Source: Vulcanimicrobiota bacterium (GTDB taxonomy: Bacteria; Vulcanimicrobiota; Vulcanimicrobiia; Vulcanimicrobiales; Vulcanimicrobiaceae). Taken from it: DNA of 64,000 nt. The stretch spans positions 2,964 to 66,963 of the forward strand of contig PLAE01000249.1 of NCBI GenBank assembly GCA_003134035.1. The letters are read 5' to 3'. The position numbers and the translations under genes were made by a program. The notes beneath the pieces are model-generated. The model worked only from the letters and a program-made list of their open reading frames with translations. It ran no database searches and was not told the origin of the DNA. Below, in pieces: positions 1 through 9,148 of the stretch; the first letter of the stretch is position 1, and the number at the start of each line of letters is the position of its first letter.

Positions 1-288
1 GCATCCGAACGGCGCTTGGGCGGCGCTGGATGAGCGAGATCGGCAAGCGTGGCGGCGCCGCCCGCACAGCAGCTAAGGTGCTTCCGCTCGCACCAACGGG
101 CGAAAAGGTGGCCGTTCGCGCAAAAACGCGGTCGGTTAGCCGCCGCACGTCCCGAAGTTGTGCGCGGTTGAGCGCAACGCGATTAGTGTTCGCGTACTTG
201 CCGCGTTCGCCGGCTGCAGGTGAGTGCCAGGCGCTGGCTGCGATTTTCACCAAAGGACGTAAGAGCGTTTTTGCATAAGAATGTTAGT

Positions 289-585
289 ATGCCAAAGAAG
301 ATGCGGCATGGCGAATATGCCGGGGAGCCCGAAGTGCAACAGAGGTCCGATGCGAAGGCGGTTGCGGCGATCGTTGCGCCGGCCAATACGGGTCTCGACC
401 TCGACCGTACGACCCTCGTCATTCCCAGGCACCTGCGGCGTGAAGTCGAGCAACGGCTGCTCGACATTGGCCGGCGGGTGTCGTTTTCCGGCATTGTCGA
501 GGCTGCGCTACGCGAGGTACTCGCTGGCGATACCGAGGCGATTATTGATCGCTGGGACGCGCGCGCCCGTCGCGTGGGCTCATAG
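289..585 (+). CDS. Ribbon-helix-helix (CopG/Arc-type) DNA-binding protein, antitoxin-like
   Basis: ORF 220..585 trimmed to ATG 289 (MPKKMRHGEY). The C-terminal 'TTLVIPRHLRREVEQRLLDIGRRVSFSGIVEAALREVL' fits the strand-helix-helix RHH pattern. Motif recall only. Confidence 0.6.
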   Translation: MPKKMRHGEYAGEPEVQQRSDAKAVAAIVAPANTGLDLDRTTLVIPRHLRREVEQRLLDIGRRVSFSGIVEAALREVLAGDTEAIIDRWDARARRVGS

Positions 586-625
586 GGCGAGTGCGTGGTG
601 GATCGCGCGTGGTACATCGGCACTG

Positions 626-1090
626 ATGCCCAGGGGCGTCGAGATCCGGCCGGAGCAGTACTACAAAGCGTCTGTCGAGCGCTTTGCGATGGTCAAGCAT
701 CTGCGCAGCACCGGTCGCGGGGATTCCCCAGTCGCAGCGTATCTCTGCGGCTTATCGGTTGAATGTGCTTTGCGTGCCCTGATCATGCCCGGAACCGAAT
801 TCTACGATCGACACGATTTCGTAATCTTGGCAGGGTCAGGGGCCTTGGATCGCGCCGATGGCGTCGCTCGTAGGCGGCTTGGGGCGCAGCTCAACGAATT
901 GACGGCGTTGTGGCGAAATTCTCTGAGGTTTTATTCGGACGAGCTATTTGCGGCGTTTTGCCGTAAACGGGTTCGGTCACTCGGCTTGTCCGTCCGGCGC
1001 GGATCTAGCCCCGTCTCCTTAATGTGCGCACGGCTTTTTGACGTCTCGGACCTTGCATTTACGGAGTGTGCGCGGTTATGGCTAGAGTGA
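626..1090 (+). CDS. Hypothetical all-helical protein, tentatively HEPN-like
   Basis: ORF 281..1090 trimmed to ATG 626 (MPRGVEIRPEQYY), 40 nt after the RHH stop. 'AAYLCGLSVECALRALI...EFYDRHDFVILAG' resembles the HEPN helix/His region, but no clean Rx4-6H motif is present. Confidence 0.45.
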   Translation: MPRGVEIRPEQYYKASVERFAMVKHLRSTGRGDSPVAAYLCGLSVECALRALIMPGTEFYDRHDFVILAGSGALDRADGVARRRLGAQLNELTALWRNSLRFYSDELFAAFCRKRVRSLGLSVRRGSSPVSLMCARLFDVSDLAFTECARLWLE

Positions 1091-1371
1091 AGATCGACGT
1101 TTCCAGCAAGCTCGATGTTCTCGGGCCCTGGGACGAGCCCATCAAGAAAGCTGTCCGTGATGCAATGCCGGGAGCGAAGCCGTCTTTTACGATGCTGCCG
1201 ATGGGGCGCGCGGCGTTGGTGGTCTTATGGCCGGGATTCAAGGGCCGCGACGTGACCGAGCGACAGGAGCAGGTTCACGATACCGTTGCGGAATTGGGCG
1301 ACGACGCCTTGGACCGCGTCACGATGATCGTCGCGCTCACGCCCGAAGAAGCCCGGCGGGGCGACGATTAG
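1078..1371 (+). CDS. Hypothetical small protein
   Basis: ORF 1066..1371 trimmed to ATG 1078 (MARVKIDVSS). It overlaps the preceding ORF end by 13 nt, suggesting translational coupling. No family recognised. Confidence 0.4.
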   Translation: MARVKIDVSSKLDVLGPWDEPIKKAVRDAMPGAKPSFTMLPMGRAALVVLWPGFKGRDVTERQEQVHDTVAELGDDALDRVTMIVALTPEEARRGDD

Positions 1372-1397
1372 AAGTTTGCTCCTAATCTAGTCTAGGA

Positions 1398-1422
1398 GGC
1401 TGTCGGGCTTTGCCCGACAGCC
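1398..1422. other. Perfect 11-bp stem-loop (GGCTGTCGGGC-TTT-GCCCGACAGCC)
   Basis: Read directly from the sequence 27 nt after the 1371 stop. No U-tract follows, so terminator function is uncertain. Confidence 0.6.
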
Positions 1423-1429
1423 GACGACG

Positions 1430-1478
1430 GGCGGCTTGCGGCGAAGCCGCAAACGCGGCGGGTCGACGAAGTCCACCC
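1430..1478. repeat. Double-hairpin intergenic repeat, copy A
   Basis: GGCGGCTTGCGGCGAAGCCGCAAACGCGGCGGGTCGACGAAGTCCACCC. It aligns base for base with copies at 29462 and 40375. Confidence 0.8.
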
Positions 1479-1664
1479 AGTAGACGGCGGGCCTGGTCGC
1501 CGTTGGTTAGCGATTCGTGCTGTTCCTTGTGGCCAATCGGCAATCGGCGAAGCGCATTTCGATTCCACGCTCGAACGTATTTCGCGCCGCAGCTCTTGGG
1601 GTGCACTTTGCGTCGGCACACGCCGATAACGGTCGGTGTAAGCTTCCAAGGGGAAAGAGCAACT

Positions 1665-1949
1665 ATGGACGTCCCGCAAGACCTGGACGCGTTTCTCGCG
1701 GAGCTGTTGAACAGCTCTGCCGAAAAGAAACTGGGTCGACGCCTCGACCTCGATGCGGACGATCGCGCGTTCGTCGAGCGCATCCTGGAATCGGTGACGA
1801 CCGGGAGTAAAGCCGTGTTCGTCGTCCTGCATCCCAACGATCGTTTACAGTACATGCTGCTTAACGCAAATCGGGTGAATGCCGTGGCCCTCTTGAGCGA
1901 GGTCATACTCCGCACGGCGCAAGCGCTGAGATCGGACCTGGATAGCTAA
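1665..1949 (+). CDS. Hypothetical protein
   Basis: ORF 1410..1949 trimmed to ATG 1665 (MDVPQDLDAF), preceded by GGGGAAAGAG. The upstream part of the ORF runs through the repeat and hairpin. No family recognised. Confidence 0.4.
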   Translation: MDVPQDLDAFLAELLNSSAEKKLGRRLDLDADDRAFVERILESVTTGSKAVFVVLHPNDRLQYMLLNANRVNAVALLSEVILRTAQALRSDLDS

Positions 1950-2148
1950 AAACGGCGCGAGACTAGGTTCGTGTGCCGCACCGAGCTTCGGGCTCCGCCA
2001 AGACCTCGGTTCCGCCGAGACTGCGCTGCGTCAACGGATTGTGGAGCAGGTAGCAGCCCCGCGAACACGAGGCGTGTGTCGCTCCTGGGCGGGGCGGGTA
2101 CGATTCAAACGCCGGTGCGTGGCGCATCGCCCGGCGGGAGGAAACGAT

Positions 2149-2451
2149 ATGCCCAAGAAGCGTTGGTCGGCGGATGTTACGGCGCACAGCGACGCGCTCG
2201 ATCTCGAGCCGAAGGTCTTTGCCGGCGACGATCCGCGCGCAATTGCAAGCTCCCTCAAACACTCCGCCGACGAGAGCCTCCGGCGCAAGAGCGACCCGTA
2301 CCGGTCGGCGATGTCGATGCTGACGTTCTATCTCAACCGGGCGGGAAAAAACGTACCGGCGAGCCGCCGAGCGGTCTTGCAGCGAGCGAAAAACGAACTG
2401 CGCGCGCTGTACGGACGAACGGTGGCAAAAGGCGCTAAAAAGCCGCGTTGA
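2149..2451 (+). CDS. DUF3175 family protein
   Basis: ORF 2041..2451 trimmed to ATG 2149 after GGAGGA. 'KKRWSADVTAHSDALDLEPKVF...DPYRSAMSMLTFYLNRAGKN' matches my recollection of DUF3175. Confidence 0.75.
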   Translation: MPKKRWSADVTAHSDALDLEPKVFAGDDPRAIASSLKHSADESLRRKSDPYRSAMSMLTFYLNRAGKNVPASRRAVLQRAKNELRALYGRTVAKGAKKPR

Positions 2452-2532
2452 CCCCTCTAGCGGGACTAAGGTCATGGGCAGAAGGACCGCGCGCAACGGT
2501 TTTCTGCACCCCGGCCGGTTAAAACTTGAAGC

Positions 2533-2988
2533 ATGCTTGCAAACACTCCGCCGCCGCGCCTGCCCGCAAAGCGCCTGAATCCCCTCAAGCGCGGCGGCGG
2601 CGGCTTGATGCTGGCGGCCGTCATCGTCATCGCGCTCACGATCGCCGCGGCGGGCGGACTTTACGGCTACGGTCCCAGCCGAGCACCGGACACACAGGCC
2701 GTGGCCATGGAGCCGGCCGGCGGCGCGAGCTTTCACGACGCGCAGCGGAGCGGCCCCAACGGCAGCGGGGGCGGCGGCGGCGGATTTGCCGCGGATGACA
2801 CCCATATGTTCCACGGCTACCCCTGCACGGTTGACTGTTCGGGGCACAAGGCCGGCTACAACTGGGCCAAGGACCAGGGGATTACCGAAGCCGCGCGTTG
2901 CCCGATCGCGCCGGCCAACTTAATGTCGCTGACCGAAGGCTGCTGGGCCGAAACCGGTCGCGACGGACCATACGCGCAAGGGCGTTGA
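2533..2988 (+). CDS. Membrane-anchored hypothetical protein with a Cys motif
   Basis: N-terminal hydrophobic helix (LMLAAVIVIALTIAAAGGL), a Gly run, then 'GYPCTVDCSGHKAGYNWA'. No function known to me. Confidence 0.55.
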   Translation: MLANTPPPRLPAKRLNPLKRGGGGLMLAAVIVIALTIAAAGGLYGYGPSRAPDTQAVAMEPAGGASFHDAQRSGPNGSGGGGGGFAADDTHMFHGYPCTVDCSGHKAGYNWAKDQGITEAARCPIAPANLMSLTEGCWAETGRDGPYAQGR

Positions 2989-3244
2989 CTCGCGGCGTTC
3001 CAGGCGGCGCGCCGAGCTGTTTCCGAGGCTGACGCGCTGATTCCACCGGTCGCGATCGTATACTCCGAACACGCCGTATCGTTACCGTTCTACCTGCTGG
3101 GCCGCTCCACGGCGGTCAACGACGACCTCAAGGACTTCGAACCGCTGCCCGGGATCGCAAGTTGGTGGAACGCCTGGCAGTGGTCGATTTGACGGGTAGG
3201 CGGCAGGTTTCCCGATCCGGCAGCGGGCACGTCTGCAACTTTCG

Positions 3245-4078
3245 GTGAGCAGCGTGGCCCGACGATCATTCTCCGCGCGCGCGTCGGCCGTCAAAGCGCA
3301 TCCGGCGGCAGGCCTAACGTTGATCCTGGGAGCGATGCCCTCGGAGGTTCGCTCGATCTCAGCCGCGCTCGTCGAACGCAAAGACGGGCAACTCGCCTGC
3401 TTTCCCTACGCGCGCGGGCGGCTCAACGGACGCCGGGCCATCGTCGCGGTTACCGGCGTCGGCGTGACGAACGGCGCGATGGTCAGCGCGCTCTTCATCA
3501 ACGCGTTCGCTCCCGCGCAGGTGATCGTGTCGGGAACGGGCTCGCGCTTCAATCCGCGCGTGCGCACCGGCGACACGGTCATCTCGACCAAGACGATTCA
3601 CCACGCCGCGGGCAGCCTCACCAATGACGGCATGGTGTACCGCAAGGTGCGCGGCCCGCTGACGGGCGCCATGACGGCGTGGTTTTACAAACCCGACCCC
3701 GCCCTCTTCGCCCTCGCGCGCGCCTCGATTGCCGGCTACGAAGCAAACGAGATTACCGTCGACGGCTTGCGCTACCGTCCCGCGGTGTTCCCCGGCGTCG
3801 TTACCGCGAGCGACCTCTTTGGCGTCTCCGACGAGAAGATTGCCGACATGCAGAGCAAATTGCAGCCCGATATCATGGAGATGGAAAGCGCGGCGATCGC
3901 GCAAGTGTGTCATCAGCTCGCGACACCCCACATCGTCTTCCGCGCCGGCAGCAATCGCACGCAGTCCAATCCCGGCAACGATTATCGCCGCCTCGGCCAG
4001 ATCGCGGCGGCCGCCGCGGCGCGCTGGACGATGTATTTTGTCGGCTGCCTAGCCGCGCGCGAGGCCGGCGCGCGATGA
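3245..4078 (+). CDS. Purine/MTA/SAH nucleosidase family protein (PNP_UDP_1 fold)
   Basis: 'LILGAMPSEV', 'VTGVGVTNGA' and 'DIMEMESAAIAQV' are typical of MtnN-like nucleosidases. GTG 3245 is the longest start; TTG 3320 (MILGAMPSEV) is a plausible alternative. Confidence 0.75.
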   Translation: MSSVARRSFSARASAVKAHPAAGLTLILGAMPSEVRSISAALVERKDGQLACFPYARGRLNGRRAIVAVTGVGVTNGAMVSALFINAFAPAQVIVSGTGSRFNPRVRTGDTVISTKTIHHAAGSLTNDGMVYRKVRGPLTGAMTAWFYKPDPALFALARASIAGYEANEITVDGLRYRPAVFPGVVTASDLFGVSDEKIADMQSKLQPDIMEMESAAIAQVCHQLATPHIVFRAGSNRTQSNPGNDYRRLGQIAAAAAARWTMYFVGCLAAREAGAR

Positions 4079-5073
4079 TCGATCCGGCGCTGCCGTGCAT
4101 CGATCTCCACCGGCACCTAGACGGCAACGTGCGGCTGCAGACGATCCTGGACCTCGGGCGCGAGCACGGCGTCGCGCTGCCGGGCGATACGGTTGAAACG
4201 CTGCGCCCGCATGTCGAAGTCAACGGCGTCATGCCGGATCTGGTGTCGTGGCTCGACCGGCTGCATTGGATGACCGCCGTGCTGGGAGACGTCGACGCCT
4301 GTCGGCGCGTCGCCCGCGAGAACGTCGAGGACGCCAAGCGCGACGGCCTCGATTACGTCGAACTGCGTTTCAGTCCGTATTTTCAAGCGTTGCCCAACGG
4401 GCTCGATCCCGCCGCGGTGGTCGAAGCGGTCGTCGCCGGCGTCGCCGAGGGCCGTGCGGCGACCGGTTTGCCGGTGAAGCTGATCGGCATTTTGAGCCGA
4501 ACGTTCGGGCCCGAGGCGTGTTCGGTGGAACTCGCCGCTTTGCTGACGCAGCGCGAACACATCACCGCGCTGGATTTGGCCGGTGACGAACGGAGTTGGC
4601 CGGCGGAATTATTCGAGCGGCATTTCGCCGCCGGACGCGCGGCCGGCTGGGCGGTCACCGTGCACGCCGGCGAGGCCGGCAGCGCGCAGAGCATCTGGTC
4701 GGCGATCCGTCTGCTGGGTGCGACGCGCATCGGTCACGGGCTGCGCGCGATCGACGATCCGGCGCTCATGGAGTATCTGTCCGAGCACCGCATCGGGATC
4801 GAAATGAATTTGACGAGCAACGTGCAGACCAACAGTGTGCCGAGCTTCATCGAGCATCCGTTCAAACGGTTTCTGTCGAACGGTTTGCTCGTCACGATCA
4901 ACACCGACGATCCGGTCATCAGCGGGATCGATTGGCGCCACGAATGCGAGGTTGCGGCGCCCCTGGCGGGTCTGACGCCCGCCGATGTGAGCGCCGCCCA
5001 GCGCAACGCGGTTGAGATCGCGTTCCTTACTCGCGCCGAAAAGGAGACTTTGCTGCTCGCCGCCCGGCGGTAA
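4075..5073 (+). CDS. add: Adenosine deaminase
   Basis: ATG 4075 overlaps the upstream stop (ATGA). Motifs 'IDLHRHLDGN', 'TVHAGE' and 'VTINTDDP' are present. Confidence 0.9.
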   Translation: MIDPALPCIDLHRHLDGNVRLQTILDLGREHGVALPGDTVETLRPHVEVNGVMPDLVSWLDRLHWMTAVLGDVDACRRVARENVEDAKRDGLDYVELRFSPYFQALPNGLDPAAVVEAVVAGVAEGRAATGLPVKLIGILSRTFGPEACSVELAALLTQREHITALDLAGDERSWPAELFERHFAAGRAAGWAVTVHAGEAGSAQSIWSAIRLLGATRIGHGLRAIDDPALMEYLSEHRIGIEMNLTSNVQTNSVPSFIEHPFKRFLSNGLLVTINTDDPVISGIDWRHECEVAAPLAGLTPADVSAAQRNAVEIAFLTRAEKETLLLAARR

Positions 5074-5108
5074 GCGCTTGAACGCGAGCGCGCACGCTTA
5101 AATCCGAG

Positions 5109-6152
5109 CTAGGTTCGCACGTCGTACGGGCGGTTGAGCGCGGTCGCGTCGCGCAGCACCGAATCGTCGATGAAATGGTCGACGTCGGGCAGCGCGGAAC
5201 GGCCTGTCGCGCGGAGCGTCGCGTAAATTGGTCCGCGCACGCGGTCCCGGTCGATCCACAGCAAACCGTGCGCGCGCGTGGCGGCGCTGCGCGTGAGCGG
5301 AATTTGGGCCCGGTTCTCGGCGATCTGCTGACTCTCGTCCAAGCCTAGCGTGGCCCCGTACGTCGCGGTCGCCAAATGCGCGGCGCGCACCGGATCGCGC
5401 GCGTTCTCGGCCCAGCCGCGCTGCAGCGCCGCGAGGTAGCGCACGAGCGTGTCGCGATGATCGCGCAAATAGTCGCGCGTGCAGAACAGACATTCGCCGT
5501 AGTTCGGCGCCCCGAGCTGCTCGAAGCTGACGACGACGTGCGGGATGCCGCGCGCGGCGAGCGTTAAGGGCTGGTTCGTGACGAAGCACAGATACGCGTC
5601 GCAGGCGCCTTCGATCAGCGGCTGCGGGTCGAACCCGACGACGACTTCGGTGAAATCGCGCGGCAGGTGGTTGAGGCTGAGAATGCCGTCGATGTAGACG
5701 CGCGCGCCCTGTTGGAGTCCGATGCGTTTACCCACGATGTCGCGTGCCGTACGGATCGGATGCGCGGGCAGCGACAGCAACCCCGCCGGCGTTTGTTGGA
5801 AGATCGCGCCGAGCACGACGAGATCGGCGCCCGTCGCGACCGCATCCACGATGCGTTCGATTTGATCGATGCCGACGTCGGCGCGGCCGGCCGCGACGAT
5901 CGCCTCGACGCTGGCTATGCCCGGGCCGCCGGCGAGCACGTTCGCCGTGATGTTTACGTCCCGAAAATAGCCGTTGGCGTCAGCCAGCCACAGACCGGCG
6001 GACTCGACGTTCTTGATCCAAAGCAGTTGCGAGGTGACCGTATCGCTGGGTCCCGGCGCGGCACCAACACTCAGCCAGGCCCCGGCCGCGGCTGCCGCGC
6101 GCAAGAACGTTGCGCGGCCGAAGCGCTCGCGACCCGCGACGGGCTCAGTCAA
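5109..6152 (-). CDS. ABC transporter substrate-binding protein (NMT1/SsuA-like, sulfonate/nitrate type)
   Basis: This is the C-terminal ~348 codons of ORF 5109..6869. A Tat-like N-terminus is present (RERFGRATFLRAAAAAGAWL). No ATG/GTG lies nearby; TTG 6152 overlaps the upstream stop by 8 nt. Start uncertain. Confidence 0.65.
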   Translation of the reverse strand: MTEPVAGRERFGRATFLRAAAAAGAWLSVGAAPGPSDTVTSQLLWIKNVESAGLWLADANGYFRDVNITANVLAGGPGIASVEAIVAAGRADVGIDQIERIVDAVATGADLVVLGAIFQQTPAGLLSLPAHPIRTARDIVGKRIGLQQGARVYIDGILSLNHLPRDFTEVVVGFDPQPLIEGACDAYLCFVTNQPLTLAARGIPHVVVSFEQLGAPNYGECLFCTRDYLRDHRDTLVRYLAALQRGWAENARDPVRAAHLATATYGATLGLDESQQIAENRAQIPLTRSAATRAHGLLWIDRDRVRGPIYATLRATGRSALPDVDHFIDDSVLRDATALNRPYDVRT

Positions 6153-6966
6153 CGACGGCGTACCGGCTGTCCGAGAACAGCAGGCCGTCGGGGATGCCCA
6201 GCGATTCGGTCGTCCAGGCCCAAATGCGCCACAGCGAGCGCTCGAGATCGTCGAAGCCGGTGCGCCCGTGGAGCACGCGGTAATTGTCGAGGCAGATCGC
6301 CTCGCCGGCTTGCAGCACGAAGCGCGGCGCGGCCAGCGAGGCGGAATAGGTGATCGCGCGCCACCGCTCGATCCAGGCCTGCTGGCGCTGCTGCTCGGCG
6401 ACGGTGACGCGTGCATCGGGGCGCTGCACGGGCGTCCAGCGCGCCATCCGTCGTCCGCGGCCGTTCGCGCCGATGGTCGGGGCAACCGACGGCACGAATC
6501 CGGGCTCCGTCTGCTCGATCGGCACCGTATAGAGAAAGTCCGCGAAGGCCGCGTCGTCGGCATCCCCCGACGCGCGCAGCGCCGCAACGATGCGCTGCGT
6601 ATCGACGACGAACGATTCGCCGCCGGCGACGGCGGGCCGCACGCACAGCAAGAAGATAAAGTCCGGATACTTGTCGCCGTAGGCGAAACCGTCGGTATGA
6701 CCGGATTGAAACGGGACGGCGAAGGCTTCGTTGAGATCCGAGGTGCGGTAGCTGTTGTCGCGGTTGCCGCCGCCTTCTTTGATCGGGGCGGGGTCGGGTA
6801 CGACCGGCGCGAGCGGCGCGAGGACGCGCTGCGCGAGTGACCGGGCATCGTCGCGCGTGCTTCCGGCACCGCAGAGGATGACCGCGCCGTCGCGGCGCAG
6901 GGCGGTGAATGCCTCGCCGGTGTCCGCGCAGCGCTGCGGGATAATGCCGAAATCCGACTCGTTCAT
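6145..6966 (-). CDS. TauD/TfdA family Fe(II)/2-oxoglutarate dioxygenase
   Basis: ORF 6145..7248 trimmed to ATG 6966 (MNESDFGIIP). 'FQSGHTDGF' and 'LDNYRVLHGR' match the family's metal and 2OG motifs. Confidence 0.75.
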   Translation of the reverse strand: MNESDFGIIPQRCADTGEAFTALRRDGAVILCGAGSTRDDARSLAQRVLAPLAPVVPDPAPIKEGGGNRDNSYRTSDLNEAFAVPFQSGHTDGFAYGDKYPDFIFLLCVRPAVAGGESFVVDTQRIVAALRASGDADDAAFADFLYTVPIEQTEPGFVPSVAPTIGANGRGRRMARWTPVQRPDARVTVAEQQRQQAWIERWRAITYSASLAAPRFVLQAGEAICLDNYRVLHGRTGFDDLERSLWRIWAWTTESLGIPDGLLFSDSRYAVVD

Positions 6967-7150
6967 CGCTTTGGATTTGGCCAAAACGGTACATATCCCC
7001 GTATCTCGGCGCGTGACCGGCGCTGACGCAGGCTCGCGCGCCGTCCATGCGTAAAAGAGCGCAACCGCCGCTCCGGCGCCGTTAAGGAGCGGTCGCTGCA
7101 CCGCGTACTGCGGAACACCTCTGCGGAACCCTCTGGTCCCAGGAGAGCGC

Positions 7151-8206
7151 ATGCCGCACAACCGGACGACGTTCAGCAAATTCATTATCGAAGACCAACG
7201 CCGGCGCAGCAACCCCGATCCGGAGTTGACGGCGTTGCTCAACGACATTCAGACGGCGTGCAAATTCATCGCGTCGGCGGTCTCGCGCGGTGAGCTCGAC
7301 CGCGGCGCGGGCGCCGGCGAAGCACGCGGGTCCCTGCGCGATACCGCGACCGACATCATGCTGCGCGAATGCGAATCGGGCGGCAAACTGTGCGGCATGG
7401 TGTACGAGGGCAGCGATGCGCCATACCGGATTTCGCCGGACTATCCGCAGGGACGCTATCTGCTCGTTTTCGACGCGCTCGACGGCTCGCCCAATCTCGA
7501 CGTCAACGTCACCGTCGGCACCATCTTCGCGGTGCTCCGCGCGCCGTCCGGCGTCGACTCACCGGCGACGGCCGACTTTCTGCTCCCCGGAACAAAGCAG
7601 ATCGCTGCGGGCTACGCCCTCTACGGCCCGACGTCGATGCTGGTGGTCACGACGGGCGCAGGCGTGCACGGCTTCACGCTCGACCGTGAGATCGGAGCCT
7701 ACACGCTCACGCATCCCGAGATGCGGATTCCGTCCGAAACCTGCGAATTCGCCATCGATGCCTCGAACGAACGCCATTGGGAGCCGCCGATCCAGCATTA
7801 CGTGCAGGAGTGCGTTGACGGGCAGGCGGGAAGGCGCGGCGCTGATTTCAATATGCGCTGGGTCGACTCGCTGGTCGTCGAGGTCAACCGCATCCTCATT
7901 CGCGGCGGTCTGTTCATCGATCCGCGCGACACGAGCGACGCGTCCAAGCGCGGGCGCCTGCATCTTCTCTACGAAGCCAATCCGATGGCGATGATCGTCG
8001 AAGCGGCGGGCGGCGCGGCGTCGACCGGCCGCGAGCGCATTCTCGACGTGGTGCCGGGCGGTCTGCACGACCGCGTCCCGGTGATCCTGGGTTCGCGCAG
8101 TGAAGTCGAGCGGCTCAACCGGCTGCACGCGGAGTACGATCGCGGGGAAGCGCTCACGTTCAAAACGCCGCTCTTCAAGGAACGCTCGCTGTTCCGAACC
8201 GTTTAA
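7151..8206 (+). CDS. fbp: Fructose-1,6-bisphosphatase class 1 (CbbF-like)
   Basis: AGGAGAG lies before ATG 7151. 'FSKFIIEDQRR', 'LVFDALDGSPNLDVN' and 'LLYEANPMAMIVEAAGG' are present. Confidence 0.9.
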   Translation: MPHNRTTFSKFIIEDQRRRSNPDPELTALLNDIQTACKFIASAVSRGELDRGAGAGEARGSLRDTATDIMLRECESGGKLCGMVYEGSDAPYRISPDYPQGRYLLVFDALDGSPNLDVNVTVGTIFAVLRAPSGVDSPATADFLLPGTKQIAAGYALYGPTSMLVVTTGAGVHGFTLDREIGAYTLTHPEMRIPSETCEFAIDASNERHWEPPIQHYVQECVDGQAGRRGADFNMRWVDSLVVEVNRILIRGGLFIDPRDTSDASKRGRLHLLYEANPMAMIVEAAGGAASTGRERILDVVPGGLHDRVPVILGSRSEVERLNRLHAEYDRGEALTFKTPLFKERSLFRTV

Positions 8207-8227
8207 TTCGCCGCGAAAGGCAAGAGC

Positions 8228-9103
8228 ATGTCGGCCAAGCATCCCGTCCTGGTCATAACCGGTTCATCCGGAGCCGGCACGACGACGGTGAAGAACACGT
8301 TCCAGCAAATCTTTCGGCGTGACGGGCTGACCCCCGCGATCGTCGAGGGCGATGCGTTTCATCGTTACGACCGCATCGAGATGCGCAACCTCATGGCCGA
8401 AGCCCAAAAATCCGGCAACACGTCCTTTAGCCATTTCGGACCTGAAGCCAATCTGTTCGACGATCTCGAGAGCCTCTTTCGCGTCTACGGAGAGATCGGC
8501 AGCGGCCGGCTGCGCAAATATTTGCACGACGAAGAGGAAGCCGCGCCCTACAATCAATCGCCGGGGACGTTCACCGCGTGGGAAGATATCGGGCCCGGAA
8601 CCGACCTCTTATTTTACGAGGGTCTGCACGGTGCCGTCGCGACCGACACCATCGACGTTTCGCGCTACGCCGATCTGATCATCGGCGTCGTGCCGACGAT
8701 CAACCTCGAATGGATTCAAAAGCTGCACCGCGACAAAACGGCGCGCGGCCATTCGCAGGAAGCCATCGTCGACACGATTCTGCGCCGGATGCCCGACTAC
8801 GTGAATTACATCGTCCCGCAATTTTCGCGCACGCACGCCAACTTTCAGCGCGTGCCGATTGTCGACACCTCGAATCCGTTCATCGCCCGCACGATCCCGA
8901 CGCTCGACGAAAGCATGCTCGTCATCCGCTTCAAAGATCCGCACGGCATCGACTTTCCCTACCTGCTCTCGATGCTGCACGACTCGTTCATGTCGCGCCC
9001 CAACACGATCGTCTGTCCGGGCGGAAAAATGGATCTCGCGACGCAGCTCATCTTCACCCCGATGATTTGGCAGATCATGGACCGCAAGAAACGCGCGTTT
9101 TAG
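8228..9103 (+). CDS. prk: Phosphoribulokinase
   Basis: P-loop 'VITGSSGAGTTT', 'EGDAFHRYDR' and 'NLEWIQKLHRDK' are present, with full-length similarity to bacterial CbbP as I recall it. Confidence 0.92.
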   Translation: MSAKHPVLVITGSSGAGTTTVKNTFQQIFRRDGLTPAIVEGDAFHRYDRIEMRNLMAEAQKSGNTSFSHFGPEANLFDDLESLFRVYGEIGSGRLRKYLHDEEEAAPYNQSPGTFTAWEDIGPGTDLLFYEGLHGAVATDTIDVSRYADLIIGVVPTINLEWIQKLHRDKTARGHSQEAIVDTILRRMPDYVNYIVPQFSRTHANFQRVPIVDTSNPFIARTIPTLDESMLVIRFKDPHGIDFPYLLSMLHDSFMSRPNTIVCPGGKMDLATQLIFTPMIWQIMDRKKRAF

Positions 9104-9148
9104 GCATACGCGAAGGTTCCCGCGCCCGGCTGGCGGACGTACCCGGCT

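Noticed and set aside
30-278. 82-codon ORF at the window edge beginning MSEIGKRGGAARTAAK, reminiscent of KGG stress-protein repeats.
   Set aside because: Only about 10 residues resemble the motif, and the rest is Arg/Ser-rich with poor coding character. It would also have to cover the promoter region of the RHH gene. Too weak to call.
3082-3381. 99-codon minus-strand ORF in the gap upstream of the nucleosidase gene.
   Set aside because: It is Arg/Ala-rich with no motif, and it overlaps both the plus-strand coding-like remnant and the start of the nucleosidase gene.
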